Assembly (NCBI GenBank): GCA_002269645.1
Contig: NIVC01001849.1
Location: 144,235-208,234, forward strand
Source of the DNA: Macrostomum lignano
Taxonomy: Eukaryota
DNA: 64,000 nt
Direction of reading: 5' to 3'
Shown here: in pieces, positions 12,609 through 24,124 of the stretch
Layout: every line of letters starts with the position of its first letter
Numbering within the stretch: the first letter of the stretch is position 1
Translations under genes and position numbers: made by a program
Notes under the pieces: generated by a model
The model's input: the letters and a program-made list of their open reading frames with translations, nothing else
The model's database searches: none
What the model was told of the DNA's origin: nothing

Positions 12609-13289
12609 TTACATGAGTAGAGGGGCATAAAAGTTGCAAACTGGAGTATCATACATGAGCAATCGTAATCGTGCTAAGAATTGGTCGTAGGAGGCGAACA
12701 GCAGGCCGCAGGAGAGTTGCTTCTTTTTCTTCTTGCCGTCGTCCTGCAGCGCGTGGTAGTGTGCCCGTACAGCCTCGTTGAAGACGGCGTCCAAGTTTTT
12801 CCTCATCTTAGCTGAACACTCGACAAAACGGTCGGCTTTGATTTCTTTGGCCAGTTGTTTGCCTTCAGCTGTGGAAATCGGGTCCTTTACCGCTTCTCCG
12901 CCGACTTGATCGTCCCGGGTATCGGTCTTGGTTGCAACGAGAACTACCGGAGAACGGCTGAACCCGCCGAAGTGACGCAACTCCGGCACCCACTTGGCTT
13001 TTACGTTTTGACAGCTATCTCTGTTATCCACTGAATAGCACAGCAAGAATACGTTGGTGTCTTTGTAACCCAATGGCCGCAGTCTGTCGTAGCTCTCCTG
13101 CCCGGCCGTGTCGTATATGGACAGCCTTACTGCCTTTCCGTCAACTGAAATGTAATGCGAGCTATCGTCGGCCACGGTTGGCGCGTACTCTTCCGGAAAT
13201 GTGTTTAATGTGTAGACCAGGACCATGCTGGTCTTTCCAACTGTACCGTCACCAACCAGCACTAACTTTATCGTGGTTATGTTCGACAT
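12609..13289 (-). CDS. RhoX2: chimeric RhoX copy with stop-codon loss, 226 aa
   Basis: ATG at 13289. TAG of RhoX1 is TTC here, so SCGLL reads on into FASYDQ...APLLM. Confidence 0.85.
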   Translation of the reverse strand: MSNITTIKLVLVGDGTVGKTSMVLVYTLNTFPEEYAPTVADDSSHYISVDGKAVRLSIYDTAGQESYDRLRPLGYKDTNVFLLCYSVDNRDSCQNVKAKWVPELRHFGGFSRSPVVLVATKTDTRDDQVGGEAVKDPISTAEGKQLAKEIKADRFVECSAKMRKNLDAVFNEAVRAHYHALQDDGKKKKKQLSCGLLFASYDQFLARLRLLMYDTPVCNFYAPLLM

Positions 13290-13747
13290 GTTTTGAGGCA
13301 CTAGCGTGCTGATACACTCGAATGTGGTCTTATCGGCGTTCAAAATACTGATACGAGCTATGCTATTACAAACTTATCATAGATATTTATAATGTTAGAC
13401 GCACCCATTTACCTGTACTAACACAGCTTCGTACCCCTTGCGTGCCCCCTCTGTGTTAATTCGTCTAACTAGCAAACTATGAAAAAAGCAAAAAGGATGG
13501 GTAGGGCGGAAAAATACCACGCCACCACCCAACACTACCCCCGAGCACAATGCCGAGGGTTTTAAATACAAAGCTCAAACCTAAGAAGACGACTTGTCTC
13601 AGTTCTTCAAAGCTTCTGTCTGTTGTGGCAGTGGGGGTAGCAGGCGTGTAAGGTAGTTGGCGTGAGAGGTTATCAGAGACTACCGATAAACGACCTGTTA
13701 CAGGTTTAAAACTATGGCTGGCTATTCGAGACACCATTTCTAAGAAC

Positions 13748-13889
13748 AGCATAGTGTTCATTGCGATTGTGCTCAACGAACTGCTCATGGTGGCCTGCAC
13801 TGTGCGCACCTGGCACTGGCTGATGTCTGTAGCGGAGCTGCTCAGTCTGCTCTGCTACCTGCTGGCTGTTGTTCTGCCTAATTATTTTG
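13748..13889 (+). pseudogene. ATP9: Second copy of the ATP9-like exon
   Basis: Identical to 8701-8842 (+5047). Confidence 0.75.
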
Positions 13890-14402
13890 GTTTGTTTGCG
13901 CTTAATTTGTCTGTGTATTCCTGGAGATTGTTGCAGATTAGCGAGGAGACTGTTGCAGATTAGTGAGTAGCCTGTTACAGATTAGTGAGGAGACTAGTGA
14001 TTAGTGAGAAGATTCTTGCAGATTAGTGAGGAGACTGATACTACGTAATGCGCAGTTAAGTATTGATTTTTAGGCAGATTTGATGCAAAAAATGCAAATT
14101 ATACTACTATCTGAAAATGAAGTAAGTAGTATATGAAAAGGCTATCCTAAGCGTGTTATATGCGTAGCATACCTCAATATGTACTGGTGTATGTACATTA
14201 ATCCCATGTGAAATGGCACGGCTCAGCTCATTGGTTTTATGAATCTATTTTGCCATTCTTAGATGACTGTGTAACAATATGTGTGACAGAGATTATAAAA
14301 TAGATTATCAAAACCAAAGATTCGAGTTGTGTCATGTGTGATGCCGTGGCTTTCGCCCGAGATAGAACAAGGATTTCCCTGGGTGGTCGGGTAGGTCTTG
14401 TT

Positions 14403-15712
14403 ATCCCACCGCTGCCACCAGTGTAATGGCTGTGCCTAATGCTCTCCGCTGCCACCAATGTAATGCTGGTGCCGAATCCCACCAATGTAACCAATGTAAT
14501 GGCCTTGTGGATCCCCGTCTCTTTGGTGATTACTGCTGTTGCCTACTACTTCCTCTGTCTGCCCTCGCTATCTGGCACGGCCGGTAGCTGGCCTGAGTGG
14601 TCTAGCACTATGGTCCGAATTAACCCCTCTTAGTCTCCACTGAGTACAGTTAGATAATAACCGAGTATTGGTAGTTGGGTTGCTGCCACCTTGTAGGTCT
14701 ACAGGTGATATCCTCGACAGGTTACCCCTAGGTAGGCCTACTGATAAGTAGAAAATAAATAAGACAAACAAGTCAGTTAAACGTTTGTTAATGTGAGTAA
14801 CGGTCACAGGCCGATCCTAGAATATCGTTTAATAGCTCAACTGGTGTCGCAGTAACAAGTCCTAACCCTATTAGGTGTCACTGATGTTGCCCAACAGCGT
14901 AGGTTGTAGGCCACGAGACCAGGTCCAGACGGTGTTGAAGGTCTGGCGAGCTGATGACACAAAGACCTGCGGCAGTCTTAATGAGCAAATGGCAGCTGCA
15001 ACAAGGATTTGTTAGCAGGTTATCCCTAGGAAAAGCGTCTAGCGATCTGCCTAAGCTAGTTCATCTAGGAAAAGCATCTAGGAATACTAGCCTTTGCTCG
15101 AAGCCAAGCAGGCGGTCTCCGAAAGGAGATCGTCTCCTGAACGAGGATGGTCTCTTTGGGCCTTCACCTACTCTGTATTTATACTAAAATTCGGGGGTCT
15201 CAGGGCCAATGGGAAGCTCAGAGGCAGTTCCGTGGCAGATCCCATGGCAGTTCCGTGGACTACCCGGAGCCAGGAGCGATCTTGGAGATGCCCATAAGAC
15301 ATCTGCCTCATCATGCAGCCTCCGCATGGCCTGCTGGTACACTGCTTGCATGTTGCGGCATGCAAGGAGTGCACCAAGACCCCACGAAATCCTACCCCGG
15401 GCGGAGAGCTATGCTCTCACTCCCGCTGACTAAATAAGCCTGTACTAAAGGAGAAATATCCCACTGACTAATGTTTCTATTTTTAGCCCATTGCAGACTG
15501 CGCCAGGGGGAGAGGGGGAGAGAGTTTCTCTCCCTGTCCCGCGACAGCTGCACACCTGAGCCTGCACAAGGGAGGGGGAGGAAGGGACAGCCCTATGCCC
15601 AGCTCCCACTGCTGCAGCCCAAGCACTAACTGACTAAGAGGGGATCCCAGGAGCAGCCTATGCTAGCTACGCTGGATCACCACACATGTATTTTTTTGAT
15701 TTTTAGGGTACA
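14403..15712 (-). mobile_element. Second copy of the PBS/LTR remnant
   Basis: +5047 copy of 9356-10665. Confidence 0.5.
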
Positions 15713-16145
15713 GGAAATACACGTAGGATAAAAAATTAACATTAGAATCCTGATTTTCTGACCGAAAAGCTTAATGAATATCAATAGAGCTACGAGGTAT
15801 AAGAAAAGCACAACATATCAACAGATAAACATTGGATTTGCGTCCTATCGAAAGTAATAATTTTTGTGCTGAAAAATCAAAAACTTCTATCTCCGTGGGG
15901 TATTTTTCGGTGAAAAGTGGCCTTCAAAACATTTTCCATGGATTTTGAGTGTCGCGTCTTGTATATACTCGTTAGTTGCTTTAGTTGTCATTGTCCTTGG
16001 TATTAAATTGACTTCAAGCTCCTCTTTATTACTTTTGTAGTAATAGGCTTAGTGTCTTATATCGTTATTATCGACAAATTAATCCTTATTTTTTTTAGTT
16101 CTTCTTTCAGATTAATCTCTTTCAGAGCTGCGCTACTGTTAGTAG

Positions 16146-16820
<675 letters not shown>

Positions 16821-17655
16821 ATCTTTTGCTTTGTCGAGGGGGGTTATCGCGTCAAAACAGGCAAGCAATATGCCCTAGCGAGAAGACGGAGTCTTGCTGC
16901 ATTTTCAAGTTTTCGTCATGTGATCTGTGTTTTAGTGGGCAGTTAAAAGTGTCCAGTTTAAATCTAAGATTTTGCACAGTTGCTACAGAACTTGTGCAAA
17001 GAATTCGCGCACTCGCATGTACGTACACTTCATTCCTAGTAGTTAGCAGGAAAATGGGGTGCACGAAAGCCAATTGCTCGAGCTTTTGCTGTTGGTACAG
17101 CAGTTTGCAGTACAGTTTATACACGGTCAATGGTCATACGCAGGAGTTTGTTTTTTGCAATTTAAAGTTCTCAAAACAACTTTGACGAATAGGCCGCTTT
17201 ACTATTAAGCTGTTTATTAAGTGCGAGCATATCAGTGATACGTGATGCTACGGGCAGATTGACTTACATAATAGCTTAGAAAGTAAGCTTTGTAGTTTCT
17301 GCTGCGCTCAAATGGGAAGTCCTGAAAACATTTCAATGGTGGTTTTATTTTCTATTCTAGAATTTATAGTCCTTGATGAGATTTATGTGCAGGAACTCGT
17401 GCTAGTTCGATTTAAAAACTGAAACGGATAAAAATTTGTTAATTTTTTAATACCCTATTCGGGCGAATCAACTGGTTCGTCAAATTATTGTCAATCCTCA
17501 ATGTTTTTTTTACTTACTGTAAGTCTTGCAGCAAAAATGTGACAAATTTTCAGCGGGATTTCAGCATTGTAGACTGGAGAGTTTGCACTGTTCTATTCGT
17601 GAAAAGCAAAAGCAGTGTTCTCTCCGCCTACTGCTGGCTCGTAACGCAAGCTTGG

Positions 17656-18336
17656 TTACATGAGTAGAGGGGCATAAAAGTTGCAAACTGGAGTATCATA
17701 CATGAGCAATCGTAATCGTGCTAAGAATTGGTCGTAGGAGGCGAACAGCAGGCCGCAGGAGAGTTGCTTCTTTTTCTTCTTGCCGTCGTCCTGCAGCGCG
17801 TGGTAGTGTGCCCGTACAGCCTCGTTGAAGACGGCGTCCAAGTTTTTCCTCATCTTAGCTGAACACTCGACAAAACGGTCGGCTTTGATTTCTTTGGCCA
17901 GTTGTTTGCCTTCAGCTGTGGAAATCGGGTCCTTTACCGCTTCTCCGCCGACTTGATCGTCCCGGGTATCGGTCTTGGTTGCAACGAGAACTACCGGAGA
18001 ACGGCTGAACCCGCCGAAGTGACGCAACTCCGGCACCCACTTGGCTTTTACGTTTTGACAGCTATCTCTGTTATCCACTGAATAGCACAGCAAGAATACG
18101 TTGGTGTCTTTGTAACCCAATGGCCGCAGTCTGTCGTAGCTCTCCTGCCCGGCCGTGTCGTATATGGACAGCCTTACTGCCTTTCCGTCAACTGAAATGT
18201 AATGCGAGCTATCGTCGGCCACGGTTGGCGTGTACTCTTCCGGAAATTTGTTCGATGTGTAGACCAGGACCATGCTGGTCTTGCCAACTGTGCCGTCACC
18301 AACCAGCACTAACTTTATCGTGACTGTGTTCGACAT
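17656..18336 (-). CDS. RhoX3, read-through RhoX copy, 226 aa
   Basis: ATG at 18336 (MSNTVTIKLVLVGDGTVGKT), YTPTVADDS; same 29-aa extension after CGLL as RhoX2. Confidence 0.85.
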   Translation of the reverse strand: MSNTVTIKLVLVGDGTVGKTSMVLVYTSNKFPEEYTPTVADDSSHYISVDGKAVRLSIYDTAGQESYDRLRPLGYKDTNVFLLCYSVDNRDSCQNVKAKWVPELRHFGGFSRSPVVLVATKTDTRDDQVGGEAVKDPISTAEGKQLAKEIKADRFVECSAKMRKNLDAVFNEAVRAHYHALQDDGKKKKKQLSCGLLFASYDQFLARLRLLMYDTPVCNFYAPLLM

Positions 18337-18718
18337 GTTTTGAGGCACTAATGTGCGCTCGAATGTGGTTTAGAACTTTGCTTCTTATAGCCGTAGTAAA
18401 TCAAAGGGAACTTTCTAATAGCTGTGGTCCTTTCGCGCACAGAAGTTTCTGAATTTCTCCGACATGCTGAACAGCTTCTTATACCGGGCGTGCATGCAGC
18501 TAATTGTCTGTTCATCTTCTCATAAACTTGCGTTCTTTAGTTTCTAATTATAACTGAAAATTTCTATAGCTCAACAGTCGTGCATACGAGCAAGTCTGGC
18601 CGCATTGCAGCTTTAATTGAAGCGGATTCGAATAAATACGAGTAGTACAGTCATTTAGTTTTCCTGAGCATTGCAATGCAGCACCTTTAAACTGAATCAA
18701 AAAGTGGGGTATCTGGAT

Positions 18719-19010
18719 CAGGGGTCGGCAAACTCCGGTCCGCGTTCCCACATACGGCCCTCAAAGCGTCTCTATGGCCCTCGGGTCCTTTAAAACTTTA
18801 CAATAGCAATCTGGCTCGCTTAAGGTTAATGTCTGTCCCCTCTTTCCTTTCCCCTCTCCCTCTCCATTCTCTCCCCTATCCCCTCTCCGCTCTCTCCATT
18901 CTCTCGTCTTCCCTCCTATTCTCTTCTCTGTCTTCTTTCTTATCTCTTCTCTCATCCCATCTTTAAATTCACTCTTCTATCATCTATTCCTTTTCCTTTC
19001 CACTCTCATC
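18719..19010 (+). mobile_element. Non-autonomous hAT/Charlie-like element fragment with TC-rich body
   Basis: Starts CAGGGGTCGGCAAACT..CGG.CCGCG (hAT-Charlie-type terminus). CGGCCCTCAAAGC...GTCCTTT.AAACTT.ACAAT.GCAATC plus the pyrimidine tract is homologous to the reverse complement of 41060-41364. Confidence 0.55.
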
Positions 19011-20257
19011 TGAGCCATGAGCTGGATGCTTCATCTGGCCCTTGAAGTAAAAAGTTTTGCCTAGATAAATATGGGATCGTAATACGTATCATGCATTGAA
19101 TGACTAGCAAATCCATCTCTCTACAAGTACTTCTTTGTATTCTTCGACGTTGAAATATCGATCCAAATGATTCTCTAGCAGACTGACGGTGGTTAAAGCT
19201 TTTCTTTGACAGTGCTAACCTTATCAGCTCTTGGCTTGCCAGGATTTCCTCGATTTGCTTCAAAGTTGATCGATGCCCGAACCCACCCTACCGATTGATA
19301 AGTCACCCCCAAAAAGTTTGAAATCCCTGTAAGCAGTGCATGATGAGCTGAGCAGGAACTGAACTGAAGTGAAATTCGATCAGGTCGGAAGAGGTTCACA
19401 AGGACAATTTCTGCACAGCATGCATCATTGCATTCGCTCACTTTTCTGTACATATAGATAGCTCAAACCAGCATAGAATACAATCTCAACTTTTGGCAAC
19501 TCTGACATTTGTACTGCCAGCCTGCAATTTCTGAAATACTGGTTACTTGATAGTTTGTCTGTTCGCTATTCGTTGACTAAAGTCTTCTCGAGTTCAGGCC
19601 TATGATTATAGTTGAAGAAATTAGCACAGTCATTATCTTGTCTACCCTTGCTGTGTATTTTTCTCTTTCTTCATTCTCTCTGTGGTGTGACTTATCTTTG
19701 TTTTATCAAATGTACTGACTCTATTTATCTGTGACTTTCCAAATTGCAACTAAGCATAACACGTAACTTCACTCAGTCAAATGCTTCATTTCTTCGAAAT
19801 GGTGTCTAGAGCCATAATCCGAGCACTGCATGATGCATTCAAAATTCAACGCACTAGTCTCAAGAGATTAGCCATTTTTACGAAGTATGCCATATAGTCT
19901 ACTTTTGATTACTACGCTCGTATCATATTCTCTATGATACGAGCTCGACAGGCTGAACCAGTGAGAGAAAAGTGAGAATACTTTGCTAAAAAGCGGATAC
20001 AGTCCGTGCATCTCAAGGATGTGCAATGTTCGGTATTTCGTCACGTTTATTGTTGCTATGTGGCTGTCAAGAGCGCAAGAAATGTATTGCCCATTCATTC
20101 AGTTAATACTGTAGTAGCTACGACGCGTACTCAGCGTGAGCACTGTACGAATATATTTTGGGCTGAGATTAGCAGTAATGTATAAAATTACACACTAAAG
20201 CATAGTTAACAAACGATTTAAAAAAATTTAGTTTTTTACAGAAACTTCTCAGTGGAG

Positions 20258-20884
20258 TTACAGCAGAGTGCAAGGTCTCGTCTTATTATTTTTCTTCTTC
20301 TTGCCGCAGATGCCTTTAGCCATTAGGTGGGCTCGCACAGCCTCCTCCATAACCTGCTGCAGGCCGTGCCCAGTCAGTGCTGAACACTCTACGTACGTTT
20401 TGGCGCCAATTTCTGTCGCCATTGCTCGTCCCTCGCTGCTGTCAACCATGGTGATATTTTGCCGTTTCAGATAGTCGATGGCAGCCGAGTCAGTACGAAG
20501 ATCGGCTTTGGTGGCCACTAAGATGATGGGCACGCTTGGGCCATAGTGCCCCAGCTCTGGGCGCCACTTATCGCGCACATTCTTGAAGCTGTTCCGGCCG
20601 TCAACTGAAAAGCACACTACGAACACGTCGGTGTTGGTATAGCTGAGTGGTCGCAGTCTGTCGTAATCCTCCTGGCCTGCCGTGTCCCACAGCTGCAATC
20701 GCACTGGCCGGCTGTCTACAGTGACGTCGTACGAGAAGTTGTCAACAATCGTTGGCACATAAGTCGTCGGGAAGCCTTTCTTCATGTAGACGCTTAGCAT
20801 GCAGGTCTTGCCAACGGAGCCATCGCCAACTAGAACGACTTTGAGCGTATCTACTCTGTTGCTGCTGTTAGCGTTATTAGACAT
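20258..20884 (-). CDS. Rho-family GTPase, 208 aa, CAAX CTLL, intronless
   Basis: [57 protein letters not shown]. Confidence 0.95.
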   Translation of the reverse strand: MSNNANSSNRVDTLKVVLVGDGSVGKTCMLSVYMKKGFPTTYVPTIVDNFSYDVTVDSRPVRLQLWDTAGQEDYDRLRPLSYTNTDVFVVCFSVDGRNSFKNVRDKWRPELGHYGPSVPIILVATKADLRTDSAAIDYLKRQNITMVDSSEGRAMATEIGAKTYVECSALTGHGLQQVMEEAVRAHLMAKGICGKKKKNNKTRPCTLL

Positions 20885-22118
20885 TTGCTATTGCCTTTGG
20901 CCAGCCACTCTAAACTTTTGGGGCTGGGGGAGTCTAAGTTGCAACTCGTATAGAGTATAGAGCGAACCAGATGAAGATAGAGCAGAGTGTGTCTCGTTTG
21001 GTTTATTTGGAAGGTTTCTCGTGGAAGCAAAGTAAATAGCACAGTAATGGCATATGTTCTGCAAATAGCGTTCCTGCTTTTATGTGCAGTGCGCAAGAAA
21101 TTCGGCTTCTTTCTTCACCAGCGTACTGGCTGCGCCCGTGTAGAGTGCCGCAGGCGAGCGGTTTGTCCAAACCCTCTTCCACTCTGTCCCTGTCTGTACA
21201 CTCGAGAAAGGCATACCTCGGGGCTCTTTCAAACAGAAAACTTTTATTTTGGCTCTGACTAATTAGGTTAAATTTAGCGTAAGAAGTCTGTCCATTATTT
21301 TGTACAGCATCTATCATTTAAACTTTTTTTTCTGAGTAATCATGACCCCTCGAGCGAAGATGCTTGCTGCTACTGAGTGCACGTTGGTCTTGAGAAAGCT
21401 CTCTCTTTTCTCTCTTCTTTCCTGTCTTTTCTTTGATAACTTAAGGAATATTGAGTCGTTACTGTTTGCTTCATTTCTTAGCTTGAAGCTTAGATGACAA
21501 GAATGTTTACTTGGAGATGACATTTCCTAGTCAAATCAAGTTCTCCATTTAAATGTAGACAGAATAAAAACTTCTCTTAAAACTGTCCATTTTTTTCTAG
21601 GCTTGAATAGAGTTAAAACATGAAACAATTTAAAGCAACGGAGAAAACACTGACCCGTTTGTTTGCGCCTGTAGCTGCAGTAACATTTAAATGCAAATTT
21701 GTTATTGTCATTTGCGCATCTTATCTCACAACTAAGCATCGGGCAACAGTCGCTGCCGCCCTTGCTCCGCAAACTGCGCAGAGGCTACATGCTGTTTCGC
21801 TTTTTGGGGATGCAATGAGCCGTTTTGGTTTTCGAGGAGCGGACGAGCAAGCAGCAAGTCAGGAAAAATTAATTCCGCACAAAATTTCCTAATTTAGTTT
21901 ATTTTATGCAAACGCGTGCGTACGACGAACTAAACGCATGTCCGCCAACAATTAACGACAGAGTATATGTATTATTCTAGTTCTGCTTTAAAATTGTATG
22001 CACAAACACAAAGATGCTGAAATCCATGGTGAAAAGTCTACTGAAAGATTGGAATGATTAGTGCGTCATGATTTCTGTAAATTTATGGTCCATATGTTCC
22101 TGTTTTCCAGCTTAGTTC

Positions 22119-22700
22119 TTAGAGAACGCTGCAGCTAGGGTTTGGCTTCCTGTGCGGCTTTGTTGGCATCATCACTGCTCGAATGGCCTCATCGAACACA
22201 GTTTTAAGTCCCATCTGCATGCGAGCTGAACACTCCAGGTACTTAACCGCGTTGATCTCCTTGGCTAGTGCCAGGCCCTGCGCCTGAGAAATCGGAGCCT
22301 GATTCTTGCTCTTTAGTTTATCAATGGTATCCTTTTCCTCCCGAAGGTCCATCTTGGTTCCAACTAGCACGATTGGCTTGTTAGGACAGTGGTGGCTCAC
22401 CTCCCGGTACCATTTGGCTCGGACATTCTCATAGCTGGCTGGGCTTACTAAGGAGAAGCAGACCAGGAACACGTCCGTATGCGGGTAGCTCAGCGGCCTC
22501 AGCCTGTCGTAGTCATCCTGGCCTGCCGTGTCCCACAGGCCTAAGTTGATGGGCTTGTTATCGACCATGACGTTTGCTGAGAAGCTGTCGAACACTGTTG
22601 GAATGTACTCGCTTGGAAAGGTGTTGGTTGTGTAAGAAATCAACAGGCAGGTCTTGCCGACACCTCCGTCGCCGACAACAACGCACTTGATTGACTGCAT
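22119..22700 (-). CDS. Rac-like GTPase, 193 aa, CAAX CSVL, intronless
   Basis: [55 protein letters not shown]. Confidence 0.95.
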   Translation of the reverse strand: MQSIKCVVVGDGGVGKTCLLISYTTNTFPSEYIPTVFDSFSANVMVDNKPINLGLWDTAGQDDYDRLRPLSYPHTDVFLVCFSLVSPASYENVRAKWYREVSHHCPNKPIVLVGTKMDLREEKDTIDKLKSKNQAPISQAQGLALAKEINAVKYLECSARMQMGLKTVFDEAIRAVMMPTKPHRKPNPSCSVL

Positions 22701-24124
22701 GGCTATGTTTTATCAGTAGCTGTGTGCCTGTTCGCAACAGAGGAAGGTCACTTTATGCTGAATCAAGCCTCAGTCTGGGGTCGGCTAGAGCACTGAGCCA
22801 TTGCTTTTTCAACGCACAATAGGCTATAAATGCAGCACAGCTGGAGGGCAAGGGGAGGGTTTCAAATTTGAGTTTCAGATTTGGTCAGCTTCTAAAAATA
22901 GTACAGCAGTCTCTCGGGGTAAGGTGGACGTTGTAGGTCACTGGGTGGGTACCTGGGAGAGTGGGGTACTCGGAAAACATTCGAGTCTTCAACCAATCAG
23001 TGAAAAGAGCTTGAGGTGTTACCGCGACAAAATTGGCCTGCGTCAGCCTCAAAGCGTACTAGTTTTTCTCTTCAACTAATTATTATTTCGGCTGTTTTCG
23101 TACGAGTGTACGCTTTCAGCGAATGCTAAATCTCAATATAGAGATAAAAAAGAGAGCAAAAAAGCTGGGGCTTATGCCAGTCGCACGAGGTCTAGCGTCT
23201 CACAGGCGTTTACGAGTCGCAATTTACATCCGGTTGAGAGAGCAATTTGGGCCGAGTAGTTTAGTTATGCTCTTACCGGGAGTAAACAAGCTAAAACCTG
23301 GAGTTTTAGCAGCAGTTAATCTGATTCTTTACCTATTGCGAAAAGAATACGCTGGATAGTGAATACACGTTACGAGTAGTAATCAATTCTGGGTGAATTT
23401 TATTTATGTGAATAAATTTTTCAGGTCTGAAGTATTCAAAACTACACGTAGCGACGAAAGTTCGTTTACGCTTATTACTCGAATAGTAGCTTTCTAATCG
23501 GTCGCATTCAAGACTTGTTATCTAGAAAGTTTACTTATAGTTTATTTATAGTGTACTTATATTTTACTCAGTTGCATCACTTAATTAAATGAAGTTTTTC
23601 ATGACTAGGCCTGCCAACAAAAGTCCAGATTTTTTAGCAGCTAGATTTTCTTGCCTAAGCTGGATCTGAACTTGTTAAATATGAAAATATACTGTTCCAT
23701 TGGTTAATTAATCTCGAACTGTTATATATGTGTGCCGAAGCTAGTTCATATTAGTTGTATATTGCCTGAATGATGACAATTTAACGTCCGGCCTAGCTGA
23801 TAACGATTTTATCGCTTGAACACTCCATTGCTTGCGACTGTACTTGAAGGACGAATGAACCAAACACTAAATAAGTTTGTACAGCCACCGCAAAGGATAG
23901 TGCTCTAACCTTCGAAACTTACCGTGAATATACAGTAGAGCTGAGATAATGGTCAATCTGCATTTCTTTCCCTGACTGAGGCCAAAGTGGCCCTGTATCC
24001 GAAGTAAACAACCAACGGATGCTAATTAAAACATAGTTAAAACTTGGACGCACCCGCTACATAAAGTTTCAACCCGAAATTCGATTAAAAGACACTGCAG
24101 CATTTGGCAATAAGGAAACCCCCA

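Noticed and set aside
19006-19453. Two minus-strand ORFs downstream of RhoX3's upstream region
   Set aside because: No recognisable motif or splice structure.
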